This document shows, in pieces, positions 1 through 11,500 of a DNA stretch of 64,000 nt. The stretch lies in contig NC_135251.1 of the NCBI RefSeq assembly GCF_964204865.1, positions 17,546,001 through 17,610,000 on the forward strand, given 5' to 3'. Below the pieces are notes generated by a model. That model made no database searches and had not been told where the DNA came from. It worked only from the letters and a program-made list of their open reading frames with translations. Every line of letters starts with the position of its first letter. The stretch's first letter is position 1. The stretch comes from Styela clava (Eukaryota). Made by a program: the position numbers and the translations under genes.

Positions 1-117
1 TATATTAGGACCTTGTGTGTCGCTGTTCGATTACCAGCTTTAGTACCCCGCCACTTTCCTACCCAGTAAAACTGTGTAATTATCATTTCTGGGTAATTTG
101 TACTCGAGTTTTTTTTT

Positions 118-444
118 CGAGCCCGTTCAAAATAATCTATAATATAATTCTTGGCGTTAATCTGTCTCAGTTCCAGTTGGCTATATTTAGGGCGTAAAAA
201 TGAATGTTAAATTTATAACAAAAAAGCTTACCTTCTAACAATCTTATTTTCGCTTCCAAACGTTCCTTTGTCCCCTGTTCGCCCCGATCACCGTTGTGCC
301 TATTTTAAGTATGGTGAGAAATAAACTACTGATTACTGACTGATTACACCAGGCAGACCCCTCCTACCCTCTGGCCCCCGCTTTCCGGGTCTTCCTTGGC
401 ACTGAGCAGCACATCTATGACTCGATGCAGTTTTGTCAGTCATT
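118..444 (-). pseudogene. Fragment of a collagen-discoidin gene (collagen part of coding exon 1 plus start of intron 1)
   Basis: 444..232 encodes MTDKTASSHRCAAQCQGRPGKRGPEGRRGLPGV / GDRGEQGTKERLEAKIRLLE followed by a gtaagc donor, matching exon 1 of the cluster genes. It is interrupted by a ~50-bp insertion (293-343), and the signal peptide and exons 2-5 are absent. Confidence 0.9.
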
Positions 445-448
445 GAAG

Positions 449-3424
449 GTTTGTGATGGTATTGTTGACTGTCGTAACGGCTCGGATGAAACAAAAGAAC
501 TTTGCGGCAGTAAAAGATTTTTCTGTCCAGCCTTTCAAGGTTGATATTGTATAGGCTACACTCCGACTGACGTCCAATTTCCAACATTACCTTTGTTGTG
601 GGAGCGGGGGACAAACTTTTCTGCTGCCCAGGGCGAGTTTCTGATAATGATGTACTTTATACCTAAGTTCATGAATACTTCGGAGGTTAACAAATTATAA
701 ATGTTGTTATATATGAGAATGAATAAATTAAAGGGCAATTAAGAATGAATTGTTTGTATTATAGCGCTAAATCACGCAATGGCCAGGGAAGCCCAATAGC
801 GGGAAATTGAGTGGGATATTGAGCAGTTTTTTATTCAAATAAAAAGAGATCAGACAATGATTCCTCTTTGCAGGGCGTTTATTGCTCGAAGGATTTAATT
901 TGGAGATCCAGTACTATATGCACCATACTGGGAGTATTGTCTGTTCTTTTAAGCGAAACTTCAGTTATTACAATGTTGCTGCTGACAAGTTGCCGAACAT
1001 ATTCAATTTATAGGGTGAGACCTTTTATTATCTCACTATAACTGTATGAATGCGGAAAGCAACGTTTTTTATTTATTGCTATGATATAAATATATACTTT
1101 ATTGTCGTTTACATACCAGATCGTATAAAGATTCGTCAATCTTTTCTAACGTATTATTTCAAAAGTACCAGAAAAGCTGGGATGCCGTTTGAACGTGGCT
1201 GTTATCCAATCACAGAACAAATACATTCAAAATGCATTATGATTTTTTTTTTAATTTTTCATTTTTGGCGTAGGCTAAATCAAAGGCAGGGAAGATTTAG
1301 GACACAAATTGGACTGTACATCCAATTCCCGATTCATTTGAGCTTCAGTCGCAGTAACCTCTAGTAGGCATTCATATATTACATTTGAAGACACCCAAGT
1401 CCTCGATTGTCTGTATATATACATCAAATCGTTCATTGTCTATTCGGGAAAAATTATGGAGAAATTTTGCAATTTGACTATTTCACACTCCATATATACA
1501 TGGTTGGCATACGCGGCCAAAGCATAAAACTGCGCTGTTCTGTTTTGTCAACGAGCCTATATTAATTCATTCGCACTTACGGTAAAATAACTACTAAGTG
1601 GCAATTACTAACAAAATTCTATTTATTAACACCCAGCCTTTCAAATCATCTCGTCATCCACAAAAGAAACTGTAGCCTATTTTTGATGATATTGCTTGCC
1701 TGGGGAATATCCTTCTTAATTGCTACACTTCCGCTGTCTACAAGTTTATCTGGAATGTTCGTTAGCCTCGCAGAATTTGAGTATTCTTCATATTCTTCAA
1801 ACGCAACTGTTACACAAGACAACACTAAAAACACTTTTTACGAGTCTTCTTACATATGATCTGAAACCGAATACGACATTTCCAGGTGATGAGTCTAGCA
1901 GACCTCTGCTTCGAAAAGTGTTGTTATTGACTTTAAAAGCCATATTTTTAGACCACAAGAAAAAAAATCAAGATATATATTGCAGTTATGTTCATCAAAT
2001 ATATTTGATCCGAAACATATGAGCAAAAAATTATGCAAAATTCAATCACTTAATTTTTACTCTATTACTAGTCAAACGATGAGTTTAGCCACAATATACT
2101 GTCCTGTAACTGGAAGTATTCCAATATATATTTATTTAGATAACCTCAAAATTATATTTAAACAGGTTTTATAGACGAGTTTGCAGAACTACGCCATTAT
2201 TTTAAAGATCTTCATGAATAGAAAATCGAATCTCGTTCATTAATATTTTGTTTTCAATTTTCGACAAATTTTCAGTCACCAACTTATTCAATCCAAATCA
2301 AAAAAGTATTTTGACCATGAACATTTCAAGATTAAGAGAACATTTGGGTAAAATAATCATCATATATTTTGCATTTTGCACTGTAAACTGTGTGAACACC
2401 ATTATGTTGAAGTAAAAATGTTCGACAACGCGATGTCGTAGCCGGAGTCGATTTTTTTTTTCAATCTGAATCTGGAGTGAAGACGTTGGTCAACTAGTAA
2501 TCTTCTACTTTTTAAAGAATTGGAAGTCAGGAGTGTGAGATGTAACTTCATTCAAACATTCTCTTTCGCTGTTAACGTTTTCAACTTTTTTGCTTTCGTG
2601 TTTGTTGCATTCTCCTACGTCGCAATTTATATCAAATCAAGCGAAAAAAAAAGTTTAAGAAAACCTTCATCGTCTAATGATATAGACCAGGGCTTCTCAA
2701 CTATTTTTATCAATGGCCCGCAAACAAAACTTCAAAATTATTTGGGTCCGGTCTTTCCAGAAATGATATTTCGGCATCCTTAAACGAGCACTTCTTCGAC
2801 CTACTAATGATTAGTAGCAAATTGAAAGTGTTTATTATGGTGGTATAGTTTTTTTCGTATATATTCAAAACTATGAAAGTCATTTTATAATAGGAAATTC
2901 AAAAAGTGGGGCTAATGATCTAAAATAAATAATTAGGTGCGGTCCAAATCCAATATATACTCGAAAGGTCCGGATTCGGACCGCGGTCCGCCAGTTGAGT
3001 AGCCCTGATATAGACGATGGAAATAGAAGGAAGAGAAATTTCAAATTTTTTTTCGTTCTTCATATTTTTAGAGTGTTCTAGCTTTTTTTTTAATAAATTT
3101 TTTTATTCTCGGATATTTTCAGCAATGCAGCGCAAGATTCTCCGACTCATCCTAACTGACTTCTGTTGTTGGATACCGTTCTGCATCCTGGCCTTCTGTA
3201 AACTAGGAGGAGCAAATGTTTCAAATACTGCATATGTCGTCGCAGCAATCGTGCTTCTACCGATCAACAGTGCACTGAATCCAGTTCTGTATTCAGACCT
3301 GCCAGATGCTTTATATAAGAAAGTGACCACTGGATTCAATGAAATCACAAGGTTGACAAGTTTTTTTTTCACCGCGTCGACCAGTATAAACGTGAGAACA
3401 AATGGTGAAGAAAGTACGTTGTAA
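449..3424 (+). pseudogene. Decayed paralog of the LDLa-repeat GPCR
   Basis: Exon homologs lie at 449-~539 (VCDGIVDCRNGSDETKELCGSKRFFCP), 874-1014 (GVYCSKDLIWRSS..SETSV..CRTY), 1637-1885 (two frameshifts), ~2262-2347 (acceptor lost), ~2545-3030 (hAT MITE inserted) and 3124-3424 (TM6-TM7, intact). No TM1-TM2 exons are recognisable and the 5' half is missing. Confidence 0.9.
2688..3007. mobile_element. hAT-type MITE (320 bp) inserted in a GPCR pseudogene exon
   Basis: TIRs CAGGGCTTCTCAACT / AGTTGAGTAGCCCTG; perfect 8-bp TSD ATATAGAC (2680-2687, 3008-3015). Confidence 0.9.
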
Positions 3425-5768
3425 GGAAGGATGCTGACTGGCTAAAGGAACAATCTAAAAAAAAAAGTTAAGAAAAAAATCTATCTCATGACGAAATGGC
3501 GGAGACTACTATTTGTTCTACATGTAGTGTTATAAAAAAGTAATATCGTTCAAATTTATTTGTACAAAATTCATAAATGTAAATTATATAATTTTTTTTT
3601 TGTATCAAGAAAATCTAGCTCCCAGACTGCAAATGTGTTGATGATCTGGTATTTCACTCAGAGTCTGTAGTTCGTAATTAACGAACGTATACGTACGAAA
3701 CGTATACAGACTCTATACATTACCTGAAGAACATTGAAATCAAATCAGCAGGCGCCATGGGGCCATTGCAGTCAAGCACCGCAAGACTCAAAATTGTCAG
3801 ATTGTGAAACAATTTTTAGTGATTAAATATTAATACCTGGATGCAACTATCCCCTGCATAAATATATATTTTAAATTTGATTGAAAAGAAGATGATGATA
3901 TGTTTGTTTACATACTATAGAGCGAATGCATTACTCCCGGAAACATTTTGGAATGCTTTACCCAGCATGCCAACATCATAATATTTACGAGTACAGTTCC
4001 ATTTCTGATGGGAGAATGTGCATAATTCTTCAAGGTGGTGCGCTTGAAAATTACAATTCTAGATTCCTACTATGTTGCTTTATTGGATAAACGTGCGGTT
4101 ATTCAATAAATTATTCAGATATTAAAAACAGGATCATCCAAATCCACGGACAAATAGCCATGTATACGTAATTTTACTGTGTGGCCCAGTGATTTTTGGA
4201 TGAATAACAAGAGGTGGGAAATTGTGCTGACTTGCGAGGCACATCGTGATCACTAAAATAAGCTGAGGGCACACTTTTTGATGGAATTATTGATTATATA
4301 TATTTGAATCGCATTTTTAATTCGCTATATATAACTAACAGCCAACAGTTTATTCAAACTGAAATGCAAGCACATTCAATTTTCAAAATCTAGCAATAAG
4401 AAAATGCACCCTATTACTTTGAAAGTTTTCGAGTCATTGAGTTTGAAAGCAGGATTTTTGTTGAGAATCTCATCAAAGGCAGCAAACGTCTGTCAAGGAC
4501 CATTTATATTTAATTTTGTTGACCTTCCTATATACATGGAATTTGTTCTGGTAGAGGGGAATTTTTAAGTCAACCAATGTTTTTTCGTGGAACATAATTT
4601 TTTCATTTCCCCATCCTAAATTGCCAGAAGTATATATTACAAATAATATTTTCAGGTAACAAAACTCTATGCAGAATAGTACGAGTCGAAATTTTAACGC
4701 ATTTTATTTGCTTGTGGCTTCCGCTGGCACTGCACGTTTCGGTGACACGCCGTCCGCTTTTTGCCGCCTTCAACATTAACTATAATGTAGTCTAACCCTA
4801 GTGAGTTTTGTTCTTATCTACAGTAGCTCTAGGAGGGCATCATATATATTGCGTTGAATACTGTTTCATTAAGACATCATTACTTGCTGTTTTGAAACTT
4901 ACGGAATGTATCAGCTCGTTTATAACATCAACAAACATCATTTCAACTATAATGAATAATTAAATTTCTATGTGAATTAATTGAAAGTAATTCAATTTTA
5001 TTTCTTATTTTATTGATTTTGACAATAAAAAATAAAAGATTGAATTGGTGGCATCGCATATAACAACATACTGATTCGTACATACTGGAAGAGGAAAGGT
5101 TGTTTTTGCCAATGAAGCTGCGTTTGATGAATGCTTGCAAGATGTAGATTGTAGAAGGTTGTTTGTTGTTAAAACTTAAGACCATGACCTGGTATTTAGC
5201 GTAGAAAAAGTTGTTGGAAGTCTGGTCGGATTTTTTGAATAGAATAAAGATTAAATTGAGATTTATTGGAAATTATTTAAAGATATCTTTAGTGTATATA
5301 TATATAACATTTCGGGAAGTCTTCAAATATATTGAATTGAAGCGATATTGAATTTCTTTCTATATCGGTATTGAAGTTATTTGAAATATCTTGAAATGTC
5401 ATGGTTAATGAGTTTGGTTCTAAGAATTTCTCAGTAGGAAGTCAAGCACTCAATGCACGTCAGTGCATATCACCGACATATATATCGGTGTTTATGACAC
5501 CGATCAAAACTGTTTTTATATTAAAATTTCCGAAACATCGAAGTTCAGTTTCATAACAACTAATATGGAAACGTCTGGAAAATGAATTTCGTTCCGCTCT
5601 GCTATCATTTATTGTGCTTGAGTTCCTTTGTTGTTTTGTTAGCAATTAAATAAAAGAAATTTTCAAAACGTCTTTCTGATAAACTTTATATCAAATTTTC
5701 ACGGCTTATGACAATAGAAGTGGCCATTGTTACTCAAAAAGATGTAGTGAAGAGCGAGTGCAATAGAC

Positions 5769-6073
5769 CAGGGCTACTCAACTATTTTAACCAAAGGTCC
5801 GTTTAGAAAACTTCAAAATTACTGGGATCCGGACAATACAGAATATTTTTTCATTAAATAAACGAAACGTCAAATGATGGCTCGCAAATATAGACACAAT
5901 TGTCGCATATTGGTACCAGTACGACAAACTGTATAGATGTGTATTTAAATTGTATCAAAATCATCTAAAACTAAAACGATGCTTATGCTGTCAAAAGAAA
6001 CAAGCAGACGCGGTCCAAATTAAATGGTCGAAAGGTCCGGATTGGACCGCGGTCCGCCAGTTGAGTAGCCCTG
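5769..6073. mobile_element. hAT-type MITE, same family as 2688-3007
   Basis: TIRs CAGGGCTACTCAACT / AGTTGAGTAGCCCTG; TSD CAATAGAC / GAATAGAC (7 of 8 match); shared subterminal GCGGTCC motifs. Confidence 0.85.
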
Positions 6074-8578
6074 GAATAGACTGTAGTCTGTACATTACTC
6101 TAACAAGTAAATTTCTAAGGGTTTCATAGTTTGATCGTTGGTAAAAAGTACCAAATCAAGTCTCAGTTATACTGTATATTAACTGTTGTTGGTATATATC
6201 AATTTTACTCGACACGTATATAAATTATGTCTTCACCAACGTGTATTAAAATGTGATAGTGTCTTTCGTAGATCATTTAAATAAAATTAACCAAAATTTA
6301 GTTTAATTACTCTGACATGACAATGTACCATGTAGTGTTGTCAGATTAACCTATATCAGCATATTGGTTCCATATGACGTCAAATTCTAAACTATATTCT
6401 AAATTTAAACTGAATTTTAAATTTTATTTAGTTTCATAGCCAACGGCGTCTTACTCTGTAACAGAAGTCCGGCTTAAATTTCAATAAATGTGTCGGTATG
6501 GATTATATTCTAAGCCGCTGTGCGTAAGAATTATGCAGATTAAGACTGGACACAGAGGAAAATAAGTTTTATGCGCGGAGAATATAAAATATTTGACTAC
6601 TTTAATTGTATTTTGAAGTACGTCGTAATGACGAATACGTATCTATATTTATTACACGTCTGAATGTATGTTTTACGTCTCCAATCGGAGACGACGAGTG
6701 TTACAAATGTAAATTACATATTAAAGAGGTAAATGCTCAAGAAGTATGCAGTTTTATACCGTTCAATAATATATATAGAATAGATTTAAATAAAGAAACG
6801 AATGTGTCGATTAAAGTGATATGTTATAGATACGTACGAGTATGCTATTGCATTAGATATGAACGTCTTCCGGAACATATCCTGCTAAGTGTCTTTTTCT
6901 GTCATCGAAAAGAGTTAGAATTAGGCTTGCCTTATACCTGAAGCAAAAAAACACGACAGTGCTGATTGGACAGACCAATCTTGGGTCGATTCCGAGGCTT
7001 AGTAATGGTTTAAATGTTTTCCGTAGAATTGTAGATAACTTACGAGTTACGAGCTTCAAAATAGGCCGTAAATCGTATTAAAATATTGGAAATTTTATCT
7101 CCAACTCCTTGGAAAACTTGCATTTTGTTTGCGCCTACAATTCACTCCTCATCGCAATTGTTTGCAGCCCCTGGGACACATTCTTGCCGTACACTGATCG
7201 CATGTTGTCAACCATATCGTTATGTAAAAAGTTAACACAATAATATATACATTGCAAATACAGTGAGTGACGCGGTGATATGTGCATTACTGTCAATGAT
7301 GAATCAATGTTCAAGGCTACGGTTCCCATGGGACAGTCAGATAATTCAGTTAAGCGTTGGTCACTATCAAAAACACGCAGTTGATTGCGTGGAATTTTAG
7401 AGAATTTAATAAATACGTTTTTTTATCAATACAGGAATTTGTAACTGTTTTATAATCACAAGTTTAATGGGATGTTAATCATAAAACCGTTTTAACAGTT
7501 GTCAACGCAAAGCTACTCTTTTATTATATATATTCGTTTCCCGTTGATCACAATTCATTTCCTGATTGAGCATCAGTCGAAGCTTGCGATAGATGACCTT
7601 TGCATTGATGCATAGCGGAAGCGCATGATTTACAATACGCTATCTTTCCAAGTACGCATTATTCGAAGATTATTCGTGTTTTGAAAAACAAAAAAATTTG
7701 AGCAACCTATTTTAAGAAACTGGCGATCTCGAAATACAGAAGATTAGACACAATTGTGGATATCCACCGTTCGTCACACTTGCTGGACACCAATAGTTTT
7801 GTAAAACGATAATATCCTGCTGGATTAAAGCTGAATTTGATCTAGCAGAATTAAGTTTCTGAAAGAGCCATCAAGCATCTATTATAGATGAGCGTATAGG
7901 AAAACTGTACCGTTTTTGTTATTCTATAAAATACAATTACCTGAAAAGCACTGATCAGTGATAAAGATTTTGCAATAACAATTTCTGTGTACTCACATAC
8001 AGAGACACAGTGCAACTGTGTTGTCAAACGAGTTGGTATACGGAAAGAAAATTAGAATGGGCCTAAAAACTTTTCGAGCTGTTTTATTTGAAGTTACGAA
8101 AAATAAAGGGTTAGGAATAATTTATTCGATTGTTTTTTTCGCTTTCATATGACACAGTTTTCATGCGACTGAAGTGCATTAGACTTATTCCAATTATCAT
8201 ACAAATATTAGGAACTGGAAATATTGTTTATTCCTATTATTTGAAGCAGTTTTGATAACAATCATGCAGTGTCTTGCAATATTAATAACTTGCAGTCAAC
8301 ACCTTACAGCTTTTGGTTGATTATTTTGGATATTTGAGAAGAAAATTGTTACTTGAAACCAACAAAATAAGACAACATAAGAGACTCCGTTTCGTAGTAC
8401 CAATATTCTAAATGGACAAACAAAATATAATATTTCCCGATTATTGGTCACAAGTTTTAAAAAAATTTAATTCGCCTATTCATTTACAGGAAATGGTAGC
8501 GAATACAAGAAAGTACTCAGGATTAGGTTAACTTCATGCACATCTCAAATATTGTGGGAAATAATATCTAAAACAAAA

Positions 8579-11500
8579 ATGAAACTTACCATTATATGGA
8601 TTATTGTTCACTATATTTTGACGGCGAAATTTACGGCACTTGCTAATATAAACGACACAGGTACACACTTATTTCTTTATATTCAATACTGGTCAATTTT
8701 TGCTGGATTTTTGGTTAATTTAATACAAAGGTCATTTAGGCTAATTCCTCGGTCGATAACTTAGGCATTCCAATCGATATAACTAAAAAAAGTTGAAAAT
8801 ACATTTTATTCTGTGAGCGAAAATTGTATTTTTCATTTTGTTCAGAAATACACGAGGTAATCATGATCAAGCCTAGATGTCTTGAAAATGAAACGGTGTT
8901 TCACGCATTATTTTGCAACGATAAACTAAAATGCAAAGATGGGATTCCAATACAAGATGTTTATGCTGAGTGGCAAATGTAAGTATATTTCTATTGTATA
9001 AATTCTTTCGATCCAAGAATATCATGAATTCAGGATATTATATACAAGCAGTCCGAACCCGTTCTTGGAATGTTGTGATATTAAAGCGAACCCTTCTTGT
9101 TTTTACAGCTATAAGTTTGGGTTCCTAAAATGAGGGAACCTATACTTTTAGTGAGTTCAATACAAAAAGAACCTGATTTCTGAAATTTTAAATCCCATCA
9201 CATTGTTTAACTGCCATTATTCGTTCTGCATTCACATCCCTCCCCATATTGTTCGTTAATTTTCTATCTAGAGATTGAAATTTATAGTCTGAATCTGAGC
9301 TTAAATTAATAATGGAATGGTAAACGAATGCTTATGTGTAAATGAATTATTATATTATATTCGGAGGAATTCTTCCATAAAAATCGGTCACTAAATCTTA
9401 TTTTTTATTGTCATAAACGTGTATCATAACGTCTCAGAAAGAGTCAGTTTGTCCGTAGTGTGAGTGAATGCGATCATGACATGCCGTCCGAATCTGTGTC
9501 TGTGGGCAATGATTTATTGTAGTATTGAACTATCGTTTTCACGTTTTCCATTAACATATTCACATATTTTCAATATCAGATGCGAATTGTTGAGGAACAG
9601 CAAAACGCAGTATTGTGTGGTAGAAAGAGACGAAATATGCAAAGAGAAAGTCGTATGTTCAAACATGAATCCATGTGATGCAAGATGTGATTCTCATTAT
9701 AAATGTCAGGTGAAAGATTCGGACGCTTTTGTCCCAAAGAGAGATTTGAGAGTCTCTGGTGATCTCGGAGTTTTCTAAATGTTCTATAAACAGTTTAATC
9801 CATTAACTCCGGATAAGTTTTGACTTGTCGTATAGGTACTCGGTTTTGTAACGAAAGCTTTTTTGTTTCACTCCTGGTAAATCTATGTTTAGACATTCAG
9901 TTGACCTGTTTAGGAATTAGAGCTAAAGTTGGTAAATTTAAATTCCTGGGCTCACATGACTACGTCAATACATCAACTACTAAATTGTACAGAATTAAAT
10001 AAATGCAATCCGGTCGCTTCAGTATTTCGTACTTTTTTAATGTGAAAAATGTATTGTAGAATTCAGAATGTAAGCTTCGTAGCACTGTGTGCAATAAGAA
10101 TGCTTGTGATGGTTGCACAGAAGAAGATCACGAATGGAATAACGGAATCGGATTCAAATGTCGAAGAAATGGCGAGGATTGTGTCCTGCCTCAGCAATTA
10201 ATTCATGATGACATAGCAGACTGTGATGGAGGTGCAGATCTATGTTTTAAAGCGCAGATTACTCGGAAAACTAGTTTAAGGTGAGTTAATCCATTTTGAA
10301 TCTGCATTAATGGTGACTCGTGACCTTTTGAGGTTCTTCTCACGTGACTCGTGTCTCGCTTGACTCACTTCATTCGCATTGTTCGTTCTGAAATTGACCA
10401 TCTTTGCTGTTGAGATTAAATATAAAACTCTCTTACAGGCAGCCTTTTCCTATATTTTACAATTGCAACATTATTGATGCTTAGTTTAATAAATCAAACG
10501 TTTCTTTCCTACTTGAGTAATATTTGATTTATTCTCGTGTATGACGACATCTATAATCTGTTTATCACCCAAATTATTTTAGAAGTTAGGTTTAAGGGGC
10601 AGCATTATCAGAAACTCGCCCCGGGCAGCAGACTAGTTTGGCACGCCCCTGCCCGCGGGCCACGTGTGACTTGAAGCATCATGATCTGTGACTCGAGTCG
10701 CATTTGCTGGAGGGTAATAACAAAAATCGCATTTTGGTATTGTTACATCACTAGCTGAGACACTCGGCAAAGTTGAATAGTGTGCTTGACTGGTCTAAAT
10801 TGTTAACTAGCTTCCTATATCTTCATCGGGAATATCCGCAACAATATAGGCTACATGGAAAACTAAAAATCGAATAGGGAATCTATTACCCTATTGGTTG
10901 GGTATGCCTACTGAAAGGTGTTTCAACCTAACAATACACTCCGTGCCGTGCCTTTTGCAACCAGGCTGGACATTACCACAAAAACTGCTGTCCATATGTC
11001 AGAAAATTTGTAATAACCCTCCTGTACTTTACATTTGGCATAATTTAGTTATTTTGTAACATGAGTTTGGTGAAAAAGCTGACCAATTCATTAGATTTTT
11101 ATATGGATATGGGAGAGAGAATACCACAATGCTTTATTTGTCTGCATGTTCTGTCGTTGCCAAAAGATTATATATAATCAAAATGGCATTTTGGAATCCT
11201 GTGAGCAATGAGCATTTTCCAAAGTTGAGGGGTTTTGCTTTGTGAATATCGATCTTCAAAATTAATTTCGTGTAATTTCCTCGAGACTGAAATCTAGTTG
11301 ATATATATAGAAAGATTTTTGCACGCGTTAGTGAGTTTTTTGGTGTTTTTTACGTGCTATTGAGTTTTGGTGGTTTTTTCTGCTCGTTTCGGCGAGTTGT
11401 TTGGTGTTTTTATGCATGTTTTCGCTTAAATCAATGACAAAGATTATCAATTTGTATGAACAATAAATGTTTCTGTTTTATATTGCGCTGCTTACCTATT

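Noticed and set aside
3103-3372. Antisense ORF repeated at 19701-20009
   Set aside because: It is the shadow of the conserved TM6-TM7 exon on the opposite strand.
4943-5400. 80-aa minus-strand ORF and AT-rich tract
   Set aside because: No domain motifs; at most an old non-LTR remnant, which I cannot support.
11318-11425. Degenerate ~30-bp T/G-rich tandem repeat in GPCR intron 4
   Set aside because: Only 3-4 poor copies; an ordinary minisatellite.
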